Of a stretch of 45,041 bases of DNA, positions 1-8,251 are shown one piece after another. Both the position numbers and the translations under genes were made by a program. Numbering within the stretch: the first letter of the stretch is position 1; each line of letters starts with the position of its first letter. Origin of the DNA: a virus (Duplodnaviria > Caudoviricetes); the IMG/VR virus record IMGVR_UViG_3300042997_002640, positions 1-45,041 of that record. One strand, given 5' to 3'. The notes under the pieces were generated by a model that saw only the letters and a program-made list of their open reading frames with translations, searched no databases and was not told the origin of the DNA.

Positions 1-294
1 TCAGTCATGTTCAGCCTGCCTTCCAAGATAATTGTCCATGTCGCGCTGCGCTTGGCGCGTGGCATCGGTCACGATCTTCTCCATCGCCTTCGCCAGTTCG
101 ATGTTGAGATATTCGAGGGCGGCCTTGTTGCCGTCGTTGGACGAGCCCCATTGGCTGACGATCCGCAGATCGGCGTGCTTGATGAGATCTGGCTGCTTCA
201 GCCATGTCAGAGCTTTGAGCGCACGCTCGCCGTTCCACAGCCGATGCTGGAGATTGGTCGCTCGCTTGGCGGCTTCGTCGATGCGTAGCGTCAT
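1..294 (-). CDS. Hypothetical phage protein (97 aa)
   Basis: ATGA-coupled to the upstream ORF in the leftward operon. Confidence 0.7.
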   Translation of the reverse strand: MTLRIDEAAKRATNLQHRLWNGERALKALTWLKQPDLIKHADLRIVSQWGSSNDGNKAALEYLNIELAKAMEKIVTDATRQAQRDMDNYLGRQAEHD

Positions 295-527
295 GTCGGC
301 TGCCCCCCGGCGGTAATTGCCACAGGCCGCGCATCGCCCTCCAAGCTCCTCCGCGCGTTGATGACGAGGCGGACGCCGTTCATATACTGCTTCGCCAGCA
401 GAGCGCGGGCCTGAGCGTCCTTGATGCTGATCTGCCCCGCTCGGAGCGCCACGAGGTCATCGGCAATGCCTTTGACGATCATATCCAGGCTGTAGCGGTC
501 ACCAACGTCAGTGGGTGCGTCTTGCAC
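291..527 (-). CDS. Hypothetical phage protein (78 aa, GTG start)
   Basis: AAGGAG RBS before GTG at 527; C-terminal part of the 291..776 ORF. Confidence 0.65.
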   Translation of the reverse strand: MQDAPTDVGDRYSLDMIVKGIADDLVALRAGQISIKDAQARALLAKQYMNGVRLVINARRSLEGDARPVAITAGGQPT

Positions 528-780
528 GCTCAATCTCCTTATCCATGGCGCGCAGCAATGCGTAGGCCGCGCGAAATCCAGTCCACAACGAGACCGGCAG
601 CTGATGCGTTTGAAGCCTGTTCTGTCCTGTCCACGAGCAGGCCCAGCAGACCGGCGGCGCTTGGAAATCGGGAGAATAAGGATCCCGCTCAATCTGCTCC
701 TGGCAGATGGCGCAGTCGAACGACGCCAGCGCGGGCGGCGGCGGCTTTCTCCTGATCGCGATTTTGATCCGGTCACCCAT
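508..780 (-). CDS. Small Zn-finger-like protein (CAIC...CWAC)
   Basis: ATG at 780 overlaps the upstream stop region; two CxxC pairs. Confidence 0.65.
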   Translation of the reverse strand: MGDRIKIAIRRKPPPPALASFDCAICQEQIERDPYSPDFQAPPVCWACSWTGQNRLQTHQLPVSLWTGFRAAYALLRAMDKEIERARRTH

Positions 781-1042
781 CGGACGCTTCCCGATCAGCC
801 CGCTCTGCGCTCCACCGCTCGTAATCTTTGGCATGGGCTGGGCAGAGGTCTTTGTCCTGCGCGGGCTTTGTCGAGCAGTGTGCGCATACCGGCGCATCGC
901 AAGTCCCGTTGCGGACGCCTGGCGTTTTCCAGTCGCAGAGCAGCCGCGCAGGCTTTCCGCATCCGACGCATTTCGGGCGGCGGTTGGACGAGCACACGAT
1001 AGCCGAACCACCGGCGGGCAACCGGACATACTCGCACGTCAT
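773..1042 (-). CDS. Cys-rich hypothetical phage protein (89 aa)
   Basis: CVGC, LCDW, TCDAPVCAHC, DLCPAH; ATGA-coupled. Confidence 0.75.
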   Translation of the reverse strand: MTCEYVRLPAGGSAIVCSSNRRPKCVGCGKPARLLCDWKTPGVRNGTCDAPVCAHCSTKPAQDKDLCPAHAKDYERWSAERADREASDG

Positions 1043-2025
1043 GCCGGCACCCCGTCGTGCTGGACACCATCGAGCAGCCGCCCGGCAGACTTCTTCCCAA
1101 CGCGGCGCATCACATGGAAGCGCTCACCGTGGAAACCGCACCCGCCGGCGAGGTTGAGCCAGCGGGACTTGCCGCGGTCAACGTAATCATTCGTGTAATC
1201 CGCGCGCCAGTCCGGATCCTGCCGTTCGCGATCAAGCGCTGCTTCCCACTCGCCCCACTGCTTGAACAGGAACGGCACGCCAGCGGCTTCGCATTGATCG
1301 CGCAGGCTCCGCGCCCAATCAGGGTGCATGGGCCGAGCCTTCGGCCCGCTTTCACCCCCAACGATTACCCAGTCGATCTTGCGCTGAAGGTGGCCGTCCC
1401 CGCCATTGCGGCGGCAACCTGCATCACGTCCGTAGAGGCTATCACACGCGCAATCGCCCCAGCACTCGGGGTCGAGCGCCGTGCTGTCATCGGACACCTC
1501 CGTCAAATCGATCGGCCCCAGCATCGGCTCGATCGAAAGGAAGCGAATCCGGACATCAACAGCCAACAGCTTCGGAATGTCGCGGCCGGCCTCCGCCTGA
1601 TTGACGACGGTGATCCCCAGCCAGACGTTCTCGGGCAGGCCGCCCGCTGCCTCGGCCATCTTCGCGGTATTGCCGATGCGCTTCGTCACCAACAGCCAGT
1701 CGAGGTGCGGCGTTTCACGGATCAGCTGGAACAGCTCTGCGCGCCACTCGGCTGGCACCTCGTTGTCGAACACATCAGCCAGCGAGGCGCAGAAGACGCG
1801 ATAGCGGATGCCCAGCTTGGCGGCGCGATTATTCCAAGCGCGCGGCTGCTTCCATGTCGACGCCGCGGTATGGCGGCGCGGCGCGCCCGGCCCCCACATG
1901 ACGCCCAGCCGCGCTTCGGCCAGATCCTTCGCATAGCAGCCATCGCACCCCGGGCCGACCTTCGTGCATCCTATCCACGGATTGAAGGTGTGATGAGCCC
2001 ATTCGATCTTCGTGTTCTCAGCCAT
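1039..2025 (-). CDS. Phage Gp37/Gp68 (DUF5131) family protein
   Basis: TKIEWAHHTFNPWIGCTKVGPGCDGCYA, VFCASLADVFD, FLSIEPMLG, WVIVGGESGPKARPM, FLFKQWGEW. Confidence 0.93.
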   Translation of the reverse strand: MAENTKIEWAHHTFNPWIGCTKVGPGCDGCYAKDLAEARLGVMWGPGAPRRHTAASTWKQPRAWNNRAAKLGIRYRVFCASLADVFDNEVPAEWRAELFQLIRETPHLDWLLVTKRIGNTAKMAEAAGGLPENVWLGITVVNQAEAGRDIPKLLAVDVRIRFLSIEPMLGPIDLTEVSDDSTALDPECWGDCACDSLYGRDAGCRRNGGDGHLQRKIDWVIVGGESGPKARPMHPDWARSLRDQCEAAGVPFLFKQWGEWEAALDRERQDPDWRADYTNDYVDRGKSRWLNLAGGCGFHGERFHVMRRVGKKSAGRLLDGVQHDGVPA

Positions 2026-2434
2026 CGGTCGATCTCCGAACCGTGATCCGCCAGTCCGAGCCGTCTTTCAGGGCGACCTCAGTGGCATATTCATCCACCT
2101 GAACGAAGTCGGGCAGTCCATCCTCGGCACGAGCGACCTCCTGAAAGGCGCTATCGAGGAGTACGCCGTAGGCGCGCAGCTTCTTCTCCTCCTCAAGATC
2201 GCTCTCCCAGTGCTGGTTGAGGATATCCGCCACGCGCTGGGCGACCTTCTCCGGCTCGGCCATGTACGCGGACACGATCAGCGTCGGGAAATTCAGGCCG
2301 AACGATGTGCTGCCGTCATCATTCTTGCGCGGCGGCTTCTGATAGTGGACGGCAAACACCTCGCTACCCTGCTCCGGGTCGAAGTTGCGCATGTAGGCGG
2401 TCGTGCTGACCGTGAAGCACTGATGTTCCGTCAC
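2018..2434 (-). CDS. Hypothetical phage protein (GTG start)
   Basis: GTGA overlap with the upstream stop; protein-like sequence from TEHQCF onward. Confidence 0.65.
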   Translation of the reverse strand: MTEHQCFTVSTTAYMRNFDPEQGSEVFAVHYQKPPRKNDDGSTSFGLNFPTLIVSAYMAEPEKVAQRVADILNQHWESDLEEEKKLRAYGVLLDSAFQEVARAEDGLPDFVQVDEYATEVALKDGSDWRITVRRSTDG

Positions 2435-2715
2435 AGCAGATTCTCCTCGGGCGGGTGATTGGCAAGGATCCATTCCCGCGCTTCGCGCGCGGCCTCGACA
2501 TAGGCGCGGCTGGGCGTCTTGCTCTGCTCCTGCCCCGGGCGGAACGAGGCCCAGATGCGGTTGCGGATGGCGTGCGGCAGGCGATACCAATGCTTGCGGC
2601 AGCCCCACGCGGCTGGGGGCACCTTCGCGGTGCAGCCTGGCCAGTGGCAGTGATGCCCGCCAGCTGGCACATCCAGCCGCGTGCGGACATAGTCGGCCTT
2701 GTCGCCGATGCTCAT
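2431..2715 (-). CDS. Small Cys/His metal-binding phage protein (94 aa)
   Basis: HHCHWPGC...WGCRKHWYRLP; ATGA-coupled. Confidence 0.75.
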   Translation of the reverse strand: MSIGDKADYVRTRLDVPAGGHHCHWPGCTAKVPPAAWGCRKHWYRLPHAIRNRIWASFRPGQEQSKTPSRAYVEAAREAREWILANHPPEENLL

Positions 2716-3059
2716 CCTTCAAATCCTTTCGACTTTGCGAATTCGATAACCTCCGCCTGCTTGGCGAAGGTGTGGCGGCCGACCCGAAAGCGGCGCTCGA
2801 TGGCGCAGACGGGCACGAAGCCCTTGCGGCGCAGGAAGGTCTGCGCCCGCTCGAATGGGTCCGTCCGGATGCGCTCAGCCTCAGCAAGGCCCGCCATTAT
2901 GCGCTTGGCTGCCAACCCCGCGAAGCTGTGGCGCTTCGACTTGGCGTTGCCCGCGAGCAGGCCGCGCTTCTTCATCTGGATCTCGGCCAGCGCCATGTCT
3001 GCGTCGGCTGGCACCGGCATGACATCGCCGATCTGGTAGTCGGGGAGCGGGCGCTTCAT
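2712..3059 (-). CDS. Hypothetical phage protein (115 aa)
   Basis: ATGA-coupled start at 3059 with GGAGG RBS. Confidence 0.7.
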   Translation of the reverse strand: MKRPLPDYQIGDVMPVPADADMALAEIQMKKRGLLAGNAKSKRHSFAGLAAKRIMAGLAEAERIRTDPFERAQTFLRRKGFVPVCAIERRFRVGRHTFAKQAEVIEFAKSKGFEG

Positions 3060-3727
3060 GCTGCCTCCTGGAACAAGTCGAATTGAGGGTTGGGCAGCAG
3101 GTGATGCCACTGGTCGGCCATCGCCTCGGCGATGCTCGGATAGGTTTCAGAGCGCCGCCGCGCACGGTCCGGCCCGGGCGGTTCGCGGTGGCAGCGCGAC
3201 CACGCCTTGTGCTGGTCTGTGCCCGGCCGGGGCGGCGTCAGCATGGCCGTGGGCTTCAGCGGCGGCAGCTCTATCAGCTCCAGCCCGGTATTCTTGAAGA
3301 AGGGCTCGCCGAAGAAATAGGGATGGACGAACTGCGTCGGCCCGCGCCTCGTCAGTTCGATCGCATAGCGATGCATGACCGGATTCTCGGCAACCTTGCG
3401 CTTGATATTCTTCGCGTCGCGCAGGGTGCGATAGAAGGTCGCGGCCTCTTCCAGTTCTGCCCAGCGCTCCGGGTTACGCCCGTTTTCCTTCTTGCCGTCG
3501 TTATAGAGCCACTTGACCCCGCTGTTGCAGAGGATCGTGCAAGGCGGGTGCATGATGGCCAGCAGATCCCAGCCCTCATCCAGATAGTCCCGGACATCGC
3601 CGCGGATATGGCGGTTACTGCCGTCGTCGGCCGGTTCGATGTCACACGACCAGGCATCATGCCCGCGGGCTTCGAAAGCGCGGCGCACAACGCCGCTGCG
3701 CTCGCAGGCGACGAGAACGCGTCCCAT
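3056..3727 (-). CDS. DNA cytosine-5 methyltransferase-like protein (short phage type)
   Basis: RVLVACERSG, AWSCD, catalytic-like HPPC, ENP, C-terminal RSETYPSIAEAMADQW. Confidence 0.75.
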   Translation of the reverse strand: MGRVLVACERSGVVRRAFEARGHDAWSCDIEPADDGSNRHIRGDVRDYLDEGWDLLAIMHPPCTILCNSGVKWLYNDGKKENGRNPERWAELEEAATFYRTLRDAKNIKRKVAENPVMHRYAIELTRRGPTQFVHPYFFGEPFFKNTGLELIELPPLKPTAMLTPPRPGTDQHKAWSRCHREPPGPDRARRRSETYPSIAEAMADQWHHLLPNPQFDLFQEAA

Positions 3728-4005
3728 CAGCCCCGCTCCCAAACCGGACCATAGTCGACAACGACCGAGCGCACGCGCGCCTCGCTGCCGAGAAAGACGG
3801 GATAGAAGGTCATGCCGGACATAACCGACAGGAAGATACGGCCGGTGCGGTTCACCTCCTCGATCTCGTCCGGCGTCAACTGCCAGCATGAGACGTTGCA
3901 GGGACCGCCGCGCTGGCGGAAGGTGTGCAGATCGGACACATCGGCGCGGTCTTCCGGCGCCTTGAACGTGAAGTTCGATCCTGCGAAGTCAACGGCATAG
4001 GCCAT
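3727..4005 (-). CDS. Hypothetical phage protein (92 aa)
   Basis: TGATG-coupled; SCWQLTPDEIEEVNRTGRIFL motif typical of small phage proteins. Confidence 0.75.
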   Translation of the reverse strand: MAYAVDFAGSNFTFKAPEDRADVSDLHTFRQRGGPCNVSCWQLTPDEIEEVNRTGRIFLSVMSGMTFYPVFLGSEARVRSVVVDYGPVWERG

Positions 4006-4415
4006 CAGTCTGCCTTTCCGATCATCTCATTGTGAACATGGACCAGCGCGCTCACGGCGGCGGTGATGGTGGGATCGTCGCCGAAGCTCACAAGCACGGT
4101 GCGATTGGCCCGGTCCTCGTCCTCGATCGCGACAATGTGCAGGCCAGCGGCTGGCCAAATCTGATCCTCCGCCAGTTCGCCGGGATGGCGGTTGCTCTCC
4201 GCCCAGCGCTTGCCCCAATTGGCGCGCAGAAGGCCGATCATCTGGTCGATCGGGTCGACCGGGGCGGGAGGGATGCCCTCGTTATGGCAAACGACACAGG
4301 TCGCCGGGTTGCGGCGACAGTGGACATAGGAGCCGTCGGCCTGCTTGAAGGCATGGCACAGGCCCCAGCGCGTCTTGACGATCTCGTATTCGTGGATGCC
4401 GACGCCGAGCTTCAT
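4005..4415 (-). CDS. Hypothetical phage protein (136 aa)
   Basis: ATGA-coupled start at 4415. Confidence 0.65.
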   Translation of the reverse strand: MKLGVGIHEYEIVKTRWGLCHAFKQADGSYVHCRRNPATCVVCHNEGIPPAPVDPIDQMIGLLRANWGKRWAESNRHPGELAEDQIWPAAGLHIVAIEDEDRANRTVLVSFGDDPTITAAVSALVHVHNEMIGKAD

Positions 4416-4765
4416 TTTTCGCCTTCTTCGAGGATACACGGCACGATGCCGGCAAGGTCGCTGGAGCAGACGGCGCAATCGCACTCGTCGCTGGTGGATG
4501 GGTTTGCGGGCCGACCGGCCTCGACGGCCGACCCGCGAGGATCAATTGACGACCGGGAGGGGGGAAGGTCGTCCGAGGCTCCCGTCCGCTGCGTGACAGG
4601 GGGGTAAACACGCAGTTGGGACAGTTGGGATTGCTTGAGAACTTCGACGGCGCGGCAGGCCATCGCAGCCGCGTTACCTTGCGGTTGCAGGGCAAGCTTG
4701 CGGGCGGTCGCCCGATGAGCGGTCGCCGCGATGCCGCTGAGAAGAATGGAGGGCTGCGCGATCAA
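4412..4765 (-). CDS. Doubtful hypothetical protein (TTG start); overlaps structured RNA hairpins
   Basis: Coupled at both ends (TTGA/ATGA), but the middle is low-complexity and hairpin-rich. Confidence 0.4.
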   Translation of the reverse strand: MIAQPSILLSGIAATAHRATARKLALQPQGNAAAMACRAVEVLKQSQLSQLRVYPPVTQRTGASDDLPPSRSSIDPRGSAVEAGRPANPSTSDECDCAVCSSDLAGIVPCILEEGEK

Positions 4766-4908
4766 CGGCCGATCCTCCGAAAACGGAACCACGGCTTGCG
4801 CGGCTCTTCCATCGGCAGGATCGGACCGCGCATGCGCTCCGCCTGCCATTGCGTCTGCGGGGCTACGGTGAGTGGGTCGCGGCCGCGGATATGGAAGCGG
4901 GCCGACAT
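4762..4908 (-). CDS. Small basic protein (48 aa)
   Basis: GGAGG RBS, TGATG coupling. Confidence 0.6.
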   Translation of the reverse strand: MSARFHIRGRDPLTVAPQTQWQAERMRGPILPMEEPRKPWFRFRRIGR

Positions 4909-5042
4909 CAGCGCGCCTCCATCAACAGGGCGGCCATGAACTCGTCGCCATAAGCGCGGAAATGGGTGACCATCAGCCAAAGCGAGCCGAAGATCATGCC
5001 CAGAGTGAAAAGCCCGGCGGCTGCGTGCGGGACGATGCTCAC
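4908..5042 (-). CDS. Small single-TM protein, 44 aa (MSIVPHAAAGLFTLGMIFGSLWLMVTHFRAYGDEFMAALLMEAR); absent from the ORF track
   Basis: Translated by hand; GTGA overlap upstream and TGATG overlap downstream. Confidence 0.65.
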   Translation of the reverse strand: MSIVPHAAAGLFTLGMIFGSLWLMVTHFRAYGDEFMAALLMEAR

Positions 5043-5353
5043 TGGACTGCCCTCAAGATCGGCCGGCGACCGCGGGCAGGGAAGGGGATGACATCGGCAG
5101 CACCGGCGGGCTCGGCAGGCTGATCCAGCATCTCAGCGACCGCAAGCATGCGCGACGCGCCGTTGATCAGCAGATCACGGGCTCGCGCCGGGTCGCGCTG
5201 AAGGGCGGCGTGCGCCTCTTCGGCGCAGAAGCGCGCGGCGTTGACGAAATCGACCGGCCGCAGGCGCATCGGGCCGGCGTCGCGCAGGATGGCGTCAGCC
5301 CGGCTCAGCGCCTGGGCGAAGGACGAGCCTACGGCATAGCTTTTGTGGGACAT
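5039..5353 (-). CDS. First gene of the leftward (PL) operon, hypothetical (104 aa)
   Basis: GGGGAG RBS; directly downstream of PL. Confidence 0.75.
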   Translation of the reverse strand: MSHKSYAVGSSFAQALSRADAILRDAGPMRLRPVDFVNAARFCAEEAHAALQRDPARARDLLINGASRMLAVAEMLDQPAEPAGAADVIPFPARGRRPILRAVQ

Positions 5354-5414
5354 GATGATCTCCCCACCTGCTCGCCTGCCGGCTGGATGCGCGGCGGCTC
5401 AGGTGATGGAGACA

Positions 5415-5469
5415 CACTTACATGCGGCATATTTGCCGTGTCAATACTCAATACGGCAAATATGCCGCA
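5415..5469 (-). promoter_or_regulatory. PL promoter with two repressor operators (OL: 5423-5440, 5452-5469)
   Basis: TGCGGCATATTTGCCGTG and TACGGCAAATATGCCGCA match the OR palindromes; TTGACA on the minus strand at 5439-5444. Confidence 0.85.
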
Positions 5470-5859
5470 TCATTCATCCGGCGGGATATAATCGGGGTAG
5501 AATCCGCTGTCGTCTTCAGGATCTGATTGAGGCGGCAGTTCAGGTAGGACGGGCATTTCGCCATCCAGCCCCAACCGAATGACGGCACCAGCTTGGTGGC
5601 GATCCTGGAACACAGCAGCGGTGACCCGGCCTCGGGAAAGGTATGAACGGATCAGCTGCGCCTGCTCTCCGCGCACATAGCCGATCTGGACACCGCGGGC
5701 GCTGAACACCGCGACGGCCTGAGGATCGGCCGGGTTCTTGGGCTCGGGGACGAGATGCACTTCCTCTCCTGGCTTGCAGAGCAGGATCTCAAAGCGGCGA
5801 TTTGATTTGTCCTTGTTCGGATAATCGGCGCCGACAATGATGAGGGATAGCTGGTTCAA
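5470..5859 (-). CDS. HIRAN-domain protein
   Basis: IVGADY...R, LVPEPKNPADPQAVAV, QIGYV. Confidence 0.88.
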   Translation of the reverse strand: MNQLSLIIVGADYPNKDKSNRRFEILLCKPGEEVHLVPEPKNPADPQAVAVFSARGVQIGYVRGEQAQLIRSYLSRGRVTAAVFQDRHQAGAVIRLGLDGEMPVLPELPPQSDPEDDSGFYPDYIPPDE

Positions 5860-6350
5860 TCGGAATCGCTGCGCCGTTCCTCTGACCGGCGCCCCTGAGT
5901 GATCAAAACCAGATCGCGCGAGGATTCTCTAATGCTGTCCGATATCCGACCGGGCAAAGCATCGACCTTCGCATCGACACGGTCAATTCGTGTCTCCATC
6001 CGGTCGATACGACCATCGAGTTTTTCGATGCTGATCGCATCGACCTTCTTCCCAAGATCCTTGATATCCCCAGCGTTTGAAAACTGAAGCGCGATAACCA
6101 CGCTCACCGACGCCAAGATCAGTCCGCCGAGCCCCAGTCCAGCCGCCTGCCAGAAGTTCAGAGAACTCTGGACCGCCTGCAAGGCAGTACCTAGCCCGTC
6201 TATGCGGCCTTGGTGCTCCGCCAATGCTTGGGACTGCAATGCCATAGTGTCACCAATATGGACCGCGTAGTTCGAAGCATCAACATCGGGATTGAAGTTG
6301 AACCCGCCAGAGTTCCGCTCCTGCTGGCCATTTTCCAGACGATCGACCAT
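5856..6350 (-). CDS. Single-TM coiled-coil membrane protein (164 aa)
   Basis: TM FWQAAGLGLGGLILASVSVVIAL flanked by heptads (LDGRIDRMETRIDRVDAKVDAL). Confidence 0.75.
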   Translation of the reverse strand: MVDRLENGQQERNSGGFNFNPDVDASNYAVHIGDTMALQSQALAEHQGRIDGLGTALQAVQSSLNFWQAAGLGLGGLILASVSVVIALQFSNAGDIKDLGKKVDAISIEKLDGRIDRMETRIDRVDAKVDALPGRISDSIRESSRDLVLITQGRRSEERRSDSD

Positions 6351-6352
6351 AA

Positions 6353-6613
6353 TTACATACCCCGGAGAGCTTCGGGATCGACGGCTCCAACAGCATGCAT
6401 GCGGACAAATCCGCAGTTGCCGCAGATCAGGATACGTACTGGCACCGACGGAGGAGGCATGCTGAACGTTCCGCTCTGATTGATCGGCAGCGCCAAGGTG
6501 AGGGACTGATCGGTGGGCACATTCCAATTGTTCTTGCCACAGCTGCTGCAGGTGGCGGAGGCACCCCTAGCTTGCAGGAAGTCCAAGAACTTCTGGCGAT
6601 CGTTCAAGCTCAT
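6353..6613 (-). CDS. Zn-ribbon protein (86 aa)
   Basis: CSSCGKNNW...ICGNCGFVRMH; starts 17 bp after the cI stop. Confidence 0.8.
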   Translation of the reverse strand: MSLNDRQKFLDFLQARGASATCSSCGKNNWNVPTDQSLTLALPINQSGTFSMPPPSVPVRILICGNCGFVRMHAVGAVDPEALRGM

Positions 6614-6630
6614 TTTTCTTTCTCGATATC

Positions 6631-7308
6631 TTAGTGACGTCGGCCGGACCACACAACGCGGCCGATGATCCGCACATCCTGGGCCGATACGATCTGCTTC
6701 TCGTGCATAGGATTGTCCGAAATCACTTCCACCATCCCCCCTGCGGCTGGGCGCAGCCGCTTTACAGCCCCGGCACCGAACAGCCCAATCGCCCATATCC
6801 TGTCGGTCATGTTGAGCCGGGTTTGCAGCGTGTCGATCACGAGCATGTCGCTATCAAGCAGTGTCGGCTGCATGCTGTCTCCAACGCCGTGCGCGACGAG
6901 CAGGCGGTGAGGCGGCGACTGGCTGATTGCGCGCAGCAGGTTTGGGTCGAATTCAACGGTTCCCTCCTCGATGTAATCATCGAGATTGGAGCCGTCTCCC
7001 ATGGCAAACCCCAGGTTGATGCGCTTAAGGGTGATCGCTCCGTCAGCATCGGCTGAGCCGAGCACGGGAGGCAGGTCCGGCATCTTGGGCGGCACCGAGC
7101 TACGTGCTAGCAGCCAATCTGGCGAAGTCTGGAGCGCGTTCGCTATGAGGTCGAGTCTGTCAGCGGACGGCATCGCATTGCGCGTCCGGATGTAACGCAA
7201 CGCGTCGGGCTTTCCTGTCGCTTTAATCGAAGCGTCGCGCTCCGTCATCCCGAGGGCTTCCAAGCGCTGCGCAATTCGATCGTTCAGGATTTCGATAGGC
7301 GAGGACAT
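6631..7308 (-). CDS. cI: CI-like repressor: HTH plus S24 autocleaving peptidase
   Basis: N-terminal HTH (PSADRLDLIANALQTSPDWLL), GDSMQP, VKRL, SDNP, IIGRVVW; divergent from cro. Confidence 0.92.
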   Translation of the reverse strand: MSSPIEILNDRIAQRLEALGMTERDASIKATGKPDALRYIRTRNAMPSADRLDLIANALQTSPDWLLARSSVPPKMPDLPPVLGSADADGAITLKRINLGFAMGDGSNLDDYIEEGTVEFDPNLLRAISQSPPHRLLVAHGVGDSMQPTLLDSDMLVIDTLQTRLNMTDRIWAIGLFGAGAVKRLRPAAGGMVEVISDNPMHEKQIVSAQDVRIIGRVVWSGRRH

Positions 7309-7393
7309 GCGGCACGTATGCCGCAAAGGCGGATGGAAATCATGCGGCAGATATGCCGTTGACTGTGCGGCAGATATGCCGTATCCGTCGGAC
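7308..7393. promoter_or_regulatory. OR region: three operators (7308-7325, 7343-7360, 7366-7383) and PR (TTGACT-N17-TATCCG)
   Basis: TGCGGCACGTATGCCGCA, TGCGGCAGATATGCCGTT and TGCGGCAGATATGCCGTA between divergent cI and cro. Confidence 0.9.
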
Positions 7394-7693
7394 ATGGACA
7401 TCACCTACGAAGCCGCGCTTTTGAAGCTCGCGAACGCATACGCAGAGCAGGTTGCAAAGCACGGGGGGAAATCGCTCGCGCGCGTCGCGACAATCGTCGT
7501 GAACCGCGGGTCTTTCTTCGAGCGCCTTCGCGAGGGCGCCGGGTGCTCCGGACGCAATCTCGACCGGCTTTTCGAATGGTTCCGCGATCCAGCGAACTGG
7601 CCCGCACGCCGGATCGGGAAGGATGCCCGCGCCACGCTTTCGAGTGTCGGCCGTCCGGCCTTGGAGCTAAGCCAGCAAAAGGACGCTGCGTAA
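7394..7693 (+). CDS. Cro-like regulator (99 aa)
   Basis: Divergent from cI; SLARVATIVVNRGSFFERLREGAGC HTH-like segment. Confidence 0.75.
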   Translation: MDITYEAALLKLANAYAEQVAKHGGKSLARVATIVVNRGSFFERLREGAGCSGRNLDRLFEWFRDPANWPARRIGKDARATLSSVGRPALELSQQKDAA

Positions 7694-8211
7694 TGTCTGT
7701 GTGCTGTGATCATGGAACCTCTCTACGCGCAGGCGCGCCCAGCGTGTTGGGCAAGACGCCTCGCCTCACACAGAATTCTTATCGGGAGGCCGTCAGCGCG
7801 ACGCTGATCGACCTTGCCCGTGCCGAAGGCGGGCTGACCGATCAGGACATGGCCGACCTGCTCGGCAACTCCGCCGCGTCGGTCGGCAACGCCCGGAACA
7901 AGAAGGGCGACCTGAGTGCCGTGGCTATGTTGAGCATCGGCAAGGCGTTCGGCCCGGAGAGCTTGAACACCATCCTGTCGCTGATCGGCGCGAAGGCGGT
8001 CCCTGCGGCCGCGCTGTGCTGCGACAATGTCGGTCATATCCCGCTGAAGATCGCGGAGGCCCTGCCTCTGTTGATCGCGCTGCTTTCCGATGGCGTCTGC
8101 TGTGACAGCGACGTCCGCAAGCTCGAATCGGCGGGCGTGATCGATGAATTCATCAAGGCGGCCAGCGTGCTGGAGCGCCGCCGTAACGAGGTCCGCCTGC
8201 GGGCCGTCTGA
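7693..8211 (+). CDS. CII-like HTH regulator
   Basis: Follows cro; LTDQDMADLLGNSAASVGNARN HTH. Confidence 0.65.
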   Translation: MSVCCDHGTSLRAGAPSVLGKTPRLTQNSYREAVSATLIDLARAEGGLTDQDMADLLGNSAASVGNARNKKGDLSAVAMLSIGKAFGPESLNTILSLIGAKAVPAAALCCDNVGHIPLKIAEALPLLIALLSDGVCCDSDVRKLESAGVIDEFIKAASVLERRRNEVRLRAV

Positions 8212-8251
8212 AGCTGAAACAGAGCGGGCGCTGATCGCCCTGGAGTGAACC

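Noticed and set aside
1-300. Second att site / left prophage boundary
   Set aside because: No copy of the tRNA-Tyr 3' end was found in the window, and phage genes run to base 1.
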